Shown one piece after another: positions 34,846 through 45,280 of a stretch of DNA of 64,000 bases (within the stretch, counting starts at the first letter, position 1; the number at the start of each line of letters is the position of its first letter). Origin of the DNA: an uncultured Eubacteriales bacterium. GTDB lineage: Bacteria; Bacillota; Clostridia; Oscillospirales; CAG-272. The notes beneath the pieces were generated by a model that was not told where the DNA came from, did no database searches, and saw only the letters and a list, made by a program, of their open reading frames with translations. Both the position numbers and the translations under genes were made by a program. Location of the stretch: positions 181-64,180 of the forward strand of contig CASGAQ010000007.1 of assembly GCA_949299535.1 (NCBI GenBank). The letters are read 5' to 3'.

Positions 34846-37131
34846 TTATTTTTTGCCCAAAGACACTTCGACAACAAGAGTTTCTCCCTCTTTTGCGGGA
34901 ATAACGTTATTTTCACTGTCTATCTTTTCGCCGTTTACTTTAACGGAAAGCACATCGCTGCCCTGCCCGTCGCAAGAAAAACGCACATCGTATACACAGC
35001 CGCGGAAAATCTTCTTTATAGAGCAGTTTTTCCACGAAAGAGGCAGACATGGATCTATTCTCAGTCCCTCCATCTCGGCGTGCATACCGAAAACATATTC
35101 TATCATGGATTTGAGCATCCATGAGCTTGAAGCCGTTCTCCAGCTCTGCCCGGGTGTGCCTGCTCGGTATCCCGTCTCGGGTGCGAAATATGAATTGAAC
35201 ATGGCGTAAGGTTCGCCGCACGTCTCTCCGTATTCATGGTTTCCGGGAAGCATCTTCTTAATGCCCTCCTCTACTCTGTCGGGTCTGCGGAGAATGGAAT
35301 CTACCGCAAGCTTCCATGCGGAGGGGTGCAGATATATACCGCCGTTGTCCTGAACACCGGGCTCTTTCTCAGCCATGGAGCCGATATAATCATACTGATG
35401 AGAGTATGCCGGATATGCAAGGCGTATGCCTATGGGAGTTTCAAGAATCTCCTCCGCTCTGTCCATAGCCTGCGCCGCGTTTTCAAGTCCCGCAAAAACA
35501 GACCACAGCTGAGATATGAGGAATATCTGTCCTTCCTCGCAGTCATGCGCGCCCATGATTATATCATCATCGGTGCGGGCATAGATATAGTATCCCGCTT
35601 CTTTGTCTCTGCCGTGTTCCTCTATGCGCTCAGCCATTATTTTGCCGCGCTCCTCGGAAAGTTTTACATCGTCCTCCTTGCCGAGCATCTTTGCAAGTTC
35701 GCGGAAGCGCTTATTCGCATAGCACCATGCTATGGAAAGCCATACGGAAACGCCTTTTCCTTTAAGTCCGGCGTAGTTTACGCAGTCATTCCAGTCTCCT
35801 CCCCAGATTTTTACCAGTCCGTAAAGTCCTTGGAAGTTGAAAAGAAAATCGACGCTGCGGCGTATATGCTCATATACCGTCGCAGTCGTTCCGTTATTGA
35901 ACGGAACTTCCTCAAGAAGAAGCTCTTTTTTGCCGAGTTCCTTTATGATGGTTGCAACGGCGGAGGCAAGCCAAACCGTGTTATCCGCAAAATTTCTGTC
36001 TTTTATAGAACCGTCTATAAACGTGCGCGGAGCATAACCCGTGTCATACTGGAAAGAAAGTATGCGTTTTATTCTCTCCCATGCAAGCGAAGGATTTACC
36101 GCGGCAAAACATTCCGTATCGCTTGTCAGGTCGCGGTACCCGTTATGACGCACACGCGCCCAGCGGCTGCCCATGTCGGCGGCATATTTGAGCCAGCCGT
36201 TTACAAGATGATCAAGGTCCTCCATCGGCGTTTTTATCTCAACTCCGGAGAGTTCTTTTTCATATTTGGCTTTCATAGCGGCAAAAGCGCCTTCTGCAAA
36301 CTCCGAGGTAGGTCTTATAAACTCATCCATGGATAGCGCGGCGCCGACAACATAATGGACAGTCTTCTTCTCTCCCGGAGCAAGCACTATCTTGTTTTCA
36401 AGCGCATAGCAGAGTTTTTCGGAGTTGCAGTCGGAATTTCTGCAGCCGAGCATTTTCGTTATTGCGGCAGGGTGCTGATCGTCACTGTAAGGACCTATGA
36501 ATGCATTGCGGCGGGAATCGTAACCGTCTGCCTCCTCGGACGCGGACATATATCCCCAGATATCGCGGTTGCGGTCCGATTCGAACGCGCCGTAAACATG
36601 GCCGTACACCGCGTTCTTATCCTTTAAAAAGCCGCCTTTGCCCAAGCTGTAGCACTGCGGTCTGTAAACTCCGTCTATTTCGGTTTTCGCATATGCTATG
36701 ACGGAAAGCTCGCGCGTCTGCGCTGATGTGTTTTCTGCCGTAACGCTCCATATCTCGCATTTGCCCTCGTTGGGAACAAAAATGCGGACTGAGGACCTTA
36801 TGCCGTCATAAGAAAGAGACACCGTACTTGCGCCGTTTTCGTGAGCGCACGCATAATCCGTATAGCCGTAGTCAATCGGCAGACCGAAAAGGCTCCAAGC
36901 CTTATCGGCTGTTTTGAGAAATACATTTCTTCCCGAGACGAGAAATATTCTTCTTCCCATGCTGTCCTGCGCCAGACCTTCGCCCGCGCCGACCTGAGAA
37001 GCAAACGCAACATAATCGTTGTTGAAAAAGTAGTTGTACCAGTGTCTGGGAGTTTCAACGTCCGTTACCACGAACGTTTCGCCGTTTTTTTCAAAATGGC
37101 CGTAGCTCTTCTTTTTGGAGATTTCTACCAT
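34846..37131 (-). CDS. GH94-like glycoside phosphorylase (cellobiose/chitobiose-phosphorylase-type fold)
   Basis: The 761-aa protein has an N terminus TPRHWYNYFFN resembling GH94 N-domains. The GGDWNDC motif is typical of the GH94 catalytic domain. Confidence 0.55.
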   Translation of the reverse strand: MVEISKKKSYGHFEKNGETFVVTDVETPRHWYNYFFNNDYVAFASQVGAGEGLAQDSMGRRIFLVSGRNVFLKTADKAWSLFGLPIDYGYTDYACAHENGASTVSLSYDGIRSSVRIFVPNEGKCEIWSVTAENTSAQTRELSVIAYAKTEIDGVYRPQCYSLGKGGFLKDKNAVYGHVYGAFESDRNRDIWGYMSASEEADGYDSRRNAFIGPYSDDQHPAAITKMLGCRNSDCNSEKLCYALENKIVLAPGEKKTVHYVVGAALSMDEFIRPTSEFAEGAFAAMKAKYEKELSGVEIKTPMEDLDHLVNGWLKYAADMGSRWARVRHNGYRDLTSDTECFAAVNPSLAWERIKRILSFQYDTGYAPRTFIDGSIKDRNFADNTVWLASAVATIIKELGKKELLLEEVPFNNGTTATVYEHIRRSVDFLFNFQGLYGLVKIWGGDWNDCVNYAGLKGKGVSVWLSIAWCYANKRFRELAKMLGKEDDVKLSEERGKIMAERIEEHGRDKEAGYYIYARTDDDIIMGAHDCEEGQIFLISQLWSVFAGLENAAQAMDRAEEILETPIGIRLAYPAYSHQYDYIGSMAEKEPGVQDNGGIYLHPSAWKLAVDSILRRPDRVEEGIKKMLPGNHEYGETCGEPYAMFNSYFAPETGYRAGTPGQSWRTASSSWMLKSMIEYVFGMHAEMEGLRIDPCLPLSWKNCSIKKIFRGCVYDVRFSCDGQGSDVLSVKVNGEKIDSENNVIPAKEGETLVVEVSLGKK

Positions 37132-37161
37132 GGATATTATTCCTTTTTCATAATAAAAATA

Positions 37162-38580
37162 TTAGTTCCACCAAGGCAAATAAAGAGCAGGGTCCACTGT
37201 ATGGTACACGCCGAGAGACGGATAATATTTCCTTATCTCAAAGTGCAGGTGCGTGCCGGCGTAAGGACCGCCGGAGCTGCTGTTCACTCGTCCGGTATTG
37301 CCCGAGTAGCCTATTACCTGACCTTTTTCCACCGTGTCTCCAATTGAAACCGTACGGGAGCTTAAATGCGCGTAATACGTTCTGTACCCGTCGTGCTGTA
37401 TAACAACATATGTGCCGTATGTCCACAAAATATTGTCCTTTGAAAAATATCCCTCGTCATATGCGGCGATGACCGTGCCGCTCATGGAAGCGACGATTGG
37501 ATCTCCGTAGTACACGCCGAAATCAATCGCGCTGTGTCCGGAGCCGAAATCCTGCGTTACGGAATAGTCCACGCCCCCGTGAGCCGCGTCTATAAACGGC
37601 ATTCCGAACGTAGTATCCGTTACTTTTTCCGGCTCTTTCGTGCCGACGAGCACGACCTCGTCGACGCGCTCGCTTATGCTTTCCGAAATAAGTTCTCTCG
37701 ATGTAAGCTCTCCGCGAGTGTATGTATAGAGATAAGTTCTCGTAGCGACGGCATTTTTGCCCTCTGTCTTTATTTTGGTCGTACCTATTTCCATGGTATC
37801 ACATTCTTCGTAAATTGTCGAGTATTTTTCAGCAATTTCCTCTACTGTTTTTTCTTCCGTAGTGACGCTCGGCTTCGTTCCGCGCACTATCACGCGGTTT
37901 TGGGAAAAATACTGAGTCTCTCTCTGCTTTTTTGTGGAATCCAGCACTCCGTCTATGTAAGTGGAATATATTGTCACCTTTACTCTGCCTTCCACGCCCT
38001 CTTTCCTCACAAAGCTTTCATCGTCGTACATATCGGGATCGTTTACATATATCGTTTGGAAAGGTATCGTTTCAAAAAGAATACTCGTGCGTACCTCGAC
38101 GACGGGAGCGACATCGGAGCCTGTGTCCGTGTCTGTGTCCGTATCCGTACCCGTATCCGTGTCCGTATCGGAGTTATTGTCTGAACCCGTATCTATATCT
38201 GAATCTGAACCCGTATCTGAATCCGAGTCGATGTCATTTCCCATGTCTGTATTCTCGCCTGTGTCTGTATCTGTATCGGATTCGTCTTCGGGCGGCACCA
38301 CCTCATTCGAATCATCAGGCAATTCCGAAGGCAAAGTCTGCTCCGGCGCTTTTTCCGTAAAATCGAACGGAGGCTCTTGTATAGACTGCGTCCATGACGT
38401 GATGACGTCCTCCGTGCCTGAGGACAATGTGTTCATAGGATGTGCGCTGCCTGAACAGGAGGTCAGCGTAAAAACGAACGAGGCAGCAGCGGCTGCTGCG
38501 ACGACACGTTTTTCCGTTTCACGGAATCTTTTCGCCCCATCTTTATTTTTTGCGATGTTGTTTTTGTTGTTCTTGTTCAT
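37162..38580 (-). CDS. secreted/lipid-anchored peptidoglycan hydrolase: acidic D/T/S repeat, two G5-like domains, M23 peptidase domain
   Basis: LTSCSGS is a lipobox. The G5-like segments end in VIVRGTKP and VVLVGTKEP. The M23 motifs are HSAIDFG and HLHFEIR. Confidence 0.8.
   Translation of the reverse strand: MNKNNKNNIAKNKDGAKRFRETEKRVVAAAAAASFVFTLTSCSGSAHPMNTLSSGTEDVITSWTQSIQEPPFDFTEKAPEQTLPSELPDDSNEVVPPEDESDTDTDTGENTDMGNDIDSDSDTGSDSDIDTGSDNNSDTDTDTGTDTDTDTDTGSDVAPVVEVRTSILFETIPFQTIYVNDPDMYDDESFVRKEGVEGRVKVTIYSTYIDGVLDSTKKQRETQYFSQNRVIVRGTKPSVTTEEKTVEEIAEKYSTIYEECDTMEIGTTKIKTEGKNAVATRTYLYTYTRGELTSRELISESISERVDEVVLVGTKEPEKVTDTTFGMPFIDAAHGGVDYSVTQDFGSGHSAIDFGVYYGDPIVASMSGTVIAAYDEGYFSKDNILWTYGTYVVIQHDGYRTYYAHLSSRTVSIGDTVEKGQVIGYSGNTGRVNSSSGGPYAGTHLHFEIRKYYPSLGVYHTVDPALYLPWWN
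38113..38290 (-). repeat. imperfect short tandem repeats (GAY-ACN / GAY-TCN type) encoding a D-T/D-S acidic linker
   Basis: The plus strand shows reiterated GTGTCCGT/GTATCCGT/GTATCTGA units. The translation is DTDTDTGENTD...DSDSDTGSDSDIDTGSD...DTDTDTGTDTDTDTDTGSD. Confidence 0.8.
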
Positions 38581-38754
38581 AAAAAGTTTTCCCTTTCGGT
38601 AAATATTCGCAAGGCAAATAATACTTGCCTTTCATAAATTTATTATACTGTTCCATATCCTACCTAATCAATAGGAGATGAATGGAACAAAAACCATATA
38701 AAGAGAATTTTAGCATAATATTCTTTTTATTTTTAAGGTACCTAAAGATTTTTG

Positions 38755-38783
38755 TTGACTATATTCAACCTAAGTGATATAAT
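38755..38783 (+). promoter_or_regulatory. sigma-A promoter of the ABC exporter gene
   Basis: TTGACT is followed by 17 nt and TATAAT, with a TG extension (TGATATAAT). Confidence 0.6.
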
Positions 38784-38823
38784 CTTTTTGGAATACAAGA
38801 AAACATTGCCGGAGGTATTTTTT

Positions 38824-40812
38824 ATGGGACCTATGATGGGACCTGCGCCGGACATGCGTCCGCACAGCGAAAAACCGAAAAATATACGCGAAGTTCCCTC
38901 ATTTCTGTTTAATTTTATAGGGAAATTTTTTTCAAGACTTTTCTACATATTCAAACTTGTCTGGGAAACACGTCCGTGGATACTTTTCCTGCTTCTTTTC
39001 ATTGCGGTAATAAAGGGCTTTCTGCCTGCCGTGAGATCCATAGTCGCGGCAAATATCTTAAATGAGCTTGCCGCAGCCGCCGTATCGCTGGGAAAAGAAG
39101 AAGCGATTTCTTTCGACAGCACTCTGAAGCTGTTAATAGTGTATTTCTCTCTTATTTTCATATCTAACATCGTTTCCACCGTGGAATCCCTTATTACAAG
39201 AATTTCCGGCGAACTTGTAGTAAATCATGTAAATACAAAAATAATGAAGAAGGCGAAAGCCGTCGATATCGCAAGTTTCGACCGTCCCGAATTTTACGAA
39301 AAGCTGGAAAACGCCTCTCGCGAGGCAGGAAACCGCCCCATTCAGATACTCCGTTCGACTTTCTCTATCATGAGCACCCTTATAAGCATGGTCTCATATA
39401 TCGTGATATTGTGGGCGGTAAGTCCTTTTGCGCCGCTGATAATAATTCTGCTTTCCATGCCCAGCGCCATAATCAGCTTTGCATACAGAAAAAAGAACTT
39501 CAACTATATACGCCGTAATTCCAAATCGCGCCGTGAACTCTCATACTATTCCGGCCTTACCACAAACAAGGACATGGCAAAAGAGCTTCGGATATTCGGC
39601 CTTTACGACAACTTTCTGGATCGTTACAAAGACATTTTCAAAAAATACTTTAAAGGCCTTAAAAATCTTTTCGTAAAAGAAGGCGTGCTGAACATGGTAA
39701 TCTCCGTCATTTCCTCAGCCGTGAACTGCGCCCTGTTTCTTTACATCGCCCACGGCGTTTTCGAAGGCAGAATGCAGGTCGGCGATTACTCGCTCTATAC
39801 GGGAGCGCTCAACTCGATTTCAACGGGCATGAACTCTTTTGTCGCAACAATGGCGACCATCTACGAAGGCACGCTGTTTATAGACAACCTTATAACTTTT
39901 ATGGACGAAAAACAGACAATAGTTCCTCTGCTCTCCCAGCCGCGCAAAGTTACACGCCATATCGGCCACAAAATAGAGCTTTGCAACGTTTCTTTCAGGT
40001 ATCCGGGAACAGACCGCTTCGTTATAAAAAATTTCTCCGCAACGCTTGAACCGGGAAGCACGGTCGTGCTTGTCGGTCTTAACGGCGCGGGAAAAACAAC
40101 GCTGATAAAGTTGATTACAAGACTTTATGACCCTACCGAAGGAAAAATCCTTCTTGACGGACACGATATAAGAGAATATGACCTGAAAGAACTCTATTCC
40201 CTTTTCGGCATCATCTTTCAGGATTTCGGAAAATACGCGGTAAGCGTTCGTGAAAACATCTCTTTTTCACGCATAAATGATACCGTTGACGAAACCGAAA
40301 TAATTTCCGCAGCACAAAAGAGCGCGTCCGAACAGTTTATAGAAAAACTTCCGAACAAGTACGATACAAACCTGACAAGAGTCTTTGAAAAAGACGGCAT
40401 TGAACTTTCCATAGGTCAATGGCAGAAACTCTCAATCGCACGCGCTTTTTACAGCGACGCCGATATCCTTATACTCGACGAGCCGACAGCAAGCCTTGAC
40501 GCAATAGCGGAACAGGAGATATACAACCAATTCGATTCCCTACGCAAGGATAAGACTACTATTTTTGTATCTCACAGGCTTTCGAGCGCAACTGTCGCGG
40601 ACAAAATACTCGTCATCGACGGCGGCGTGCTCTCGGAGCAGGGCTCTCATGCAGAGCTTATGAAAAAACACGGAACATATTATGAGCTGTTCACGACTCA
40701 GGCAAAGCGCTACACTGAAATACCGCCTGAAAATGCTCCTTGCGAAAAAGACCGCCCCGTTAAAGATGTTCCGCACGATGAACAATATAATCAAGATATT
40801 TTTTGCAAATAA
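38824..40812 (+). CDS. ABC transporter, fused permease/ATPase (MsbA/exporter type)
   Basis: The protein has a 6-TM N-terminal half. Walker A GLNGAGKTT, signature LSIGQWQK and Walker B ILILDEPT are present. The ATG at 38824 follows GGAGG. Confidence 0.85.
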   Translation: MGPMMGPAPDMRPHSEKPKNIREVPSFLFNFIGKFFSRLFYIFKLVWETRPWILFLLLFIAVIKGFLPAVRSIVAANILNELAAAAVSLGKEEAISFDSTLKLLIVYFSLIFISNIVSTVESLITRISGELVVNHVNTKIMKKAKAVDIASFDRPEFYEKLENASREAGNRPIQILRSTFSIMSTLISMVSYIVILWAVSPFAPLIIILLSMPSAIISFAYRKKNFNYIRRNSKSRRELSYYSGLTTNKDMAKELRIFGLYDNFLDRYKDIFKKYFKGLKNLFVKEGVLNMVISVISSAVNCALFLYIAHGVFEGRMQVGDYSLYTGALNSISTGMNSFVATMATIYEGTLFIDNLITFMDEKQTIVPLLSQPRKVTRHIGHKIELCNVSFRYPGTDRFVIKNFSATLEPGSTVVLVGLNGAGKTTLIKLITRLYDPTEGKILLDGHDIREYDLKELYSLFGIIFQDFGKYAVSVRENISFSRINDTVDETEIISAAQKSASEQFIEKLPNKYDTNLTRVFEKDGIELSIGQWQKLSIARAFYSDADILILDEPTASLDAIAEQEIYNQFDSLRKDKTTIFVSHRLSSATVADKILVIDGGVLSEQGSHAELMKKHGTYYELFTTQAKRYTEIPPENAPCEKDRPVKDVPHDEQYNQDIFCK

Positions 40813-40817
40813 TATAA

Positions 40818-40856
40818 GCACGGCAAAGTTTTTTGCACTTTGCCGTGCCTTTTTTT
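40818..40856 (+). terminator. terminator after the ABC exporter
   Basis: The hairpin GCACGGCAAAGT...ACTTTGCCGTGC is followed by TTTTTTT. Confidence 0.85.
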
Positions 40857-40944
40857 GAGCAAAAACTTGCGTAGTGGATAAATGCTCATGCAAACAATAA
40901 TTTTTGAAAATTTTGAATTTTGTATTAAATTTTATATAAAATTA

Positions 40945-40973
40945 TTGACAAATTATATAACGTGAGTTACAAT
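40945..40973 (+). promoter_or_regulatory. sigma-A promoter upstream of the RHH gene and clpB
   Basis: TTGACA is followed by 17 nt and TACAAT. Confidence 0.55.
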
Positions 40974-41005
40974 ATCAACATAGAATAAGCAGAGGTGTAA
41001 AAGTT

Positions 41006-41659
41006 ATGAAAAAAAGCGTTTACTCTGTCGTACTCTCCGACGACGTCATCGCGGAAATAGACAGACTCGCATATATCAAAAATACAAATCGGTCAAACAT
41101 GATAAACCAAATACTTGCGGAATATGTTTCGCTCACAACGCCCGAAAAGCGTATAAACGATATCTTCAGCGAACTTACTTCTCTGCTCTGTTCAGGTGAA
41201 ACTTTCAGAGAACTTGCTCCACCCACGCCCTCGGTAATGTCGCTGAGGTCCGCGCTTTCCTATAAATACAATCCCACGGTCAAATACGCAGTTGAACTTT
41301 ACCGCGAGCCGAACGGCGCGCAGGGCGAAATACGAGTTTCCACAAGAACGCAAAATTCCGCTCTTATTCTGGAACTGCTCCGTTTTTACAACATATGGGC
41401 GGGACTGGAGGCTCATTACGGCTTCTGCGGTCAGAATACATTCGAGGACGGAGTTTTCCGCCGTCCCATTATACTCCGCGAAAGTCCGCTGAAAAACTCA
41501 AGATCAAAGACCTCACTTTCCGCAGGAGAAATGATAGCCGAATACATCTCGCTTTTCGACAGCGCCATGAAAACTTATTTCGGCGGCGAGGAAAACGCCT
41601 CCGACAAAATAGAAAAGATGTATTACGACTATCTTGCGGCAAACGCAGAGATAATCTAG
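41006..41659 (+). CDS. hypothetical protein with N-terminal ribbon-helix-helix (CopG-like) DNA-binding domain
   Basis: The 217-aa protein starts KSVYSVVLSDDVIAEIDRLAYIKNTNRSNMINQILAEYV, which fits the beta-alpha-alpha RHH pattern. I recognise nothing in the remainder. Confidence 0.45.
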   Translation: MKKSVYSVVLSDDVIAEIDRLAYIKNTNRSNMINQILAEYVSLTTPEKRINDIFSELTSLLCSGETFRELAPPTPSVMSLRSALSYKYNPTVKYAVELYREPNGAQGEIRVSTRTQNSALILELLRFYNIWAGLEAHYGFCGQNTFEDGVFRRPIILRESPLKNSRSKTSLSAGEMIAEYISLFDSAMKTYFGGEENASDKIEKMYYDYLAANAEII

Positions 41660-41741
41660 CGCACATGCCGAGACGTTATTTCAAAGCTTTTGCTTTCTTT
41701 CGCAAATACGATAATTCACTATTGTTAAGGAGATGAGATAT

Positions 41742-44339
41742 ATGAATACGGAAAAACTTACGCAAAAATCGCTTGAAGCGCTCAGAAGCGCACAAAATAT
41801 CGCCGTTGAAAACGGCAACAATTCGGTCGAAGAAGAACATCTTCTCTTGTCTCTCGTTTCTCAGCAGGGCGGACTGGTAGGCGAGATATTCAAAAGCATA
41901 GGCGCCTCGCCGGAGAATACGGCAAGCGCGCTTGACGCCGCCGTTTCAAAATTCCCGAAAGTCAGCGGCGGCGGATACGACCCAAGCCGCATATACATTT
42001 CCGGCACGCTGGACAAAGCGCTTACCGAAGCCGAAAAACAGGCGGAAAAGATGAAGGACGACTACATCTCCGTAGAACATCTGCTTCTCGGAATCATGGA
42101 ACGTCCCTCCGACGGCATTAAAAATATACTTGATTCTCAAAACATCACGCTTGCAAAAGTGCTTGACGCGCTCAAAAAAATACGCGGCAACCAAAAGGTG
42201 CAAAGCGACAACCCGGAGGACACATATAATGTCCTCAAAAAATACGGCACAGACCTTGTGGAGCGCGCCAGAGAGCGCAAACTCGATCCCGTTATCGGCA
42301 GAGACGAGGAGATACGAAACGTAATACGTATACTCTCGCGCAAAACAAAAAACAATCCCTGCCTTATAGGCGAGCCGGGTGTCGGCAAGACGGCTATCGC
42401 GGAAGGTCTTGCGCTTAGAATAGTGAGCGGCGATGTTCCCGACAACCTCAAAGACCGCTCCATATTCTCTCTCGACCTCGGCGCGCTCATCGCGGGTGCA
42501 AAATTCCGAGGCGAATTTGAGGAAAGACTCAAAGCCGTGCTGAATGAGGTAAAATCCTCCGACGGCAAGATAATCCTCTTTATAGACGAGCTTCACACAA
42601 TCGTCGGCGCCGGCAAAACGGACGGCGCGCTCGACGCCGGAAATATACTCAAACCCATGCTTGCACGCGGCGAACTTCATTGTATAGGCGCGACAACGCT
42701 CAACGAATACCGCCAGTATATCGAAAAAGACGCGGCGCTCGAACGCCGTTTCCAACCCGTAATGGTAGAAGAACCGAAGGTGGAGGACACCATAGCCATT
42801 CTGCGCGGACTTAAAGAAAGATATGAAGTCTACCACGGCGTAAAGATAACGGATAACGCTATCATCGCCGCCGCAAATCTTTCCAACAGATATATACAGG
42901 ACAGATTTCTTCCCGACAAAGCCATTGACCTTATCGACGAAGCCTGCGCTCTTATCAAAACGGAAATGGACTCCATGCCGACGGAAATGGACGAAATATC
43001 CCACAGAATAATGCAGCTTGAAATAGAAGAACAAGCCCTCTCCAAAGAAACGGATAAGCTTGCAATGGAACATCTTGCCGAGATAAAAGAAGAACTTGCC
43101 AAACTCCGCGAACAGTTCAATGAAATGAAAGCAAGATGGGAAAACGAGAAGAAAGACATAGAAAAAGTTCAACAAATCCGCTCCAAAATAGAGGAAGTAA
43201 ACAACAGGATAGAAAAAGCACAGAACGAATACGATCTGGCAAAAGCCGCCGAACTGAAATACGGCAAGCTGCCCGAACTTCAAAAAGAACTCGACGAGGC
43301 GGAAAAGAAGAACGAAAACGCAGGCAATACGCTCCTGCGCGACAGAGTAACTGACGACGAGATAGCAAAAATAGTTTCTCGCTGGACGGGAATCCCCGTT
43401 TCCAAGCTCGTAGAAAGCGAACGCAGCAAACTTTTGTCTCTTGATTCAGTACTCCACGAAAGAGTTATCGGTCAGGACGAAGCAGTAAGAAAAGTAAGCG
43501 ACGCCATTCTCCGTTCGCGCGCGGGCATTAAAGATCCCCGCCGCCCGGTAGGCTCTTTCCTCTTTCTCGGTCCCACGGGCGTCGGCAAAACGGAACTTGC
43601 AAAAGCACTCACACAAGCCCTGTTCGACGACGAAAAAAGCCTTATACGCATAGACATGAGCGAATATATGGAGAAATATTCCGTCTCCCGTCTTATCGGA
43701 GCGCCTCCCGGATATGTGGGATACGATGAAGGCGGTCAGCTTACGGAAGCGGTGCGCCGCAAGCCCTACTCCGTCGTACTTTTCGACGAAGTGGAAAAAG
43801 CTCATCCCGATGTTTTCAACGTGCTTCTTCAGGTGCTTGACGACGGCAGGATAACGGACAGTCACGGCAAGACGGTGGATTTCAAAAACACGATAATAAT
43901 TCTTACCTCGAACCTCGGCTCCGATATCATTCTCGACGGCATAACGCCGGAAGGCGACATCAGCGCACAGGCACGCGAGCGCGTAAACGAACTGCTCAAA
44001 CGCAGTTTCCGTCCGGAATTTCTCAACAGACTTGACGAAATAATCTTCTACCGTCCGCTCACCAAGGACAATATACGCGGTATCGTTTCGCTCAAGATAC
44101 AGGAGATCGCCGCTCGCCTTGAAGAACACCGCGTAAAAATAGACGTTCGTCCCGCCGCTGTCGACGAGATAATCGAAAGATCTTACGATCCCGTTTACGG
44201 CGCTCGCCCGATAAAGAGATTTATCCAATCCAACATCGAAACGCTCATCGCGCGCAAGATGATAGAGTGCGATATCGCACCGGACACGACCGTGACGATA
44301 GATTTTGAAAACGGAGAGTTTACGGCTTCGCTTTCATGA
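41742..44339 (+). CDS. clpB: ATP-dependent chaperone ClpB
   Basis: The protein has two AAA+ modules ([18 protein letters not shown]) and a long coiled-coil middle domain. The ATG at 41742 lies 10 nt after AAGGAG. Confidence 0.95.
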   Translation: MNTEKLTQKSLEALRSAQNIAVENGNNSVEEEHLLLSLVSQQGGLVGEIFKSIGASPENTASALDAAVSKFPKVSGGGYDPSRIYISGTLDKALTEAEKQAEKMKDDYISVEHLLLGIMERPSDGIKNILDSQNITLAKVLDALKKIRGNQKVQSDNPEDTYNVLKKYGTDLVERARERKLDPVIGRDEEIRNVIRILSRKTKNNPCLIGEPGVGKTAIAEGLALRIVSGDVPDNLKDRSIFSLDLGALIAGAKFRGEFEERLKAVLNEVKSSDGKIILFIDELHTIVGAGKTDGALDAGNILKPMLARGELHCIGATTLNEYRQYIEKDAALERRFQPVMVEEPKVEDTIAILRGLKERYEVYHGVKITDNAIIAAANLSNRYIQDRFLPDKAIDLIDEACALIKTEMDSMPTEMDEISHRIMQLEIEEQALSKETDKLAMEHLAEIKEELAKLREQFNEMKARWENEKKDIEKVQQIRSKIEEVNNRIEKAQNEYDLAKAAELKYGKLPELQKELDEAEKKNENAGNTLLRDRVTDDEIAKIVSRWTGIPVSKLVESERSKLLSLDSVLHERVIGQDEAVRKVSDAILRSRAGIKDPRRPVGSFLFLGPTGVGKTELAKALTQALFDDEKSLIRIDMSEYMEKYSVSRLIGAPPGYVGYDEGGQLTEAVRRKPYSVVLFDEVEKAHPDVFNVLLQVLDDGRITDSHGKTVDFKNTIIILTSNLGSDIILDGITPEGDISAQARERVNELLKRSFRPEFLNRLDEIIFYRPLTKDNIRGIVSLKIQEIAARLEEHRVKIDVRPAAVDEIIERSYDPVYGARPIKRFIQSNIETLIARKMIECDIAPDTTVTIDFENGEFTASLS

Positions 44340-44373
44340 AATATTTTATATAAGTAAAGCAACTAAAGAAAAA

Positions 44374-44402
44374 ACAGAGACGAACGCCGTCTCTGTTTTT
44401 AT
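44374..44402 (+). terminator. terminator after clpB
   Basis: The hairpin ACAGAGACG...CGTCTCTGT is followed by TTTTTATTTT. Confidence 0.85.
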
Positions 44403-44416
44403 TTTGCGCCGCACTT

Positions 44417-45118
44417 TTATGCGTTTTCTTTTATTTTAAGAGTTTGGAGATATTTTTTTCTTTCGTCAACGATACGCCGGCTCTCGCAGGCTTTCTGTAT
44501 CGTTTTGTTATGCACCCACGGCGACAGGATATGCTTTTCGATATAAGGCAGCGTTTCGTCGTAATGCTTGGCAAGCTCAGTGGCAAAGTACCATGCCGCC
44601 ATCATGTTTATGTAATATTCCTCACTCTTGACGCCTGCCACCATGTCAAGGTATTCCGGTGAAAAACGTTCATCTGAAAACCGGCGCATGAGTGAGCCTA
44701 TCCCGTAACGCACCGTATATGTCTTATCCGAATTGATCCATTCCTTTATTTTCAAAAGGAGCGCTTCCGTATCCTTTTCCAAAGCTTTTACGGTCATTCC
44801 GTCGCACGTCGCCCAGTTGTCTACATACGGCAAAAAGCGTTCCACCTCAGAAAGCGCCCTGCCGGGAGCTTTTATCTTGTCGATAAGAAATGCATGAAGG
44901 TTATTTTCCTCGTAATATCTGTGAGGCAAAACGCTCATAAACTCCTCGGCAAGAGGTGTGCCCGATATCTCTGCGGCATACTTGCGAAGTGCAGGCGTGC
45001 GTACTCCTATCACCGTCTGAGGCGGAACAGTCGGCATGAGCGAAGCGGCAAATACACGGTATTTTTCATCTCTCAGTTCAAACAGCCGTCCTTCTATTAT
45101 TTTTTCACATTCAGTCAT
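44417..45118 (-). CDS. DNA alkylation repair protein (AlkD-like HEAT-repeat family)
   Basis: The 233-aa helical-repeat protein has an N terminus typical of the family (LRDEKYRVFAASLMPT...IGVRTPALRK). The ATG at 45118 follows GGAGGA. Confidence 0.7.
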   Translation of the reverse strand: MTECEKIIEGRLFELRDEKYRVFAASLMPTVPPQTVIGVRTPALRKYAAEISGTPLAEEFMSVLPHRYYEENNLHAFLIDKIKAPGRALSEVERFLPYVDNWATCDGMTVKALEKDTEALLLKIKEWINSDKTYTVRYGIGSLMRRFSDERFSPEYLDMVAGVKSEEYYINMMAAWYFATELAKHYDETLPYIEKHILSPWVHNKTIQKACESRRIVDERKKYLQTLKIKENA

Positions 45119-45165
45119 ATATTCCTCCCAAAAGACGCTTTCCAAATCATATTACAATTACTCGG

Positions 45166-45203
45166 AAAAACAGCGGCAACATGACGTTTCGCCTGCTGCC
45201 GCT
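45166..45203 (-). terminator. terminator after the ABC/DUF4340-like operon
   Basis: The minus strand has the hairpin AGCGGCA...TGCCGCT followed by GTTTTTCC. Confidence 0.6.
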
Positions 45204-45280
45204 ATCTCTGACATATCCGATTTCTCCCTCGATTTTATAAGCCGAAAGCTTTACGGAAATATTCGGTTTTTAACAGTGTA

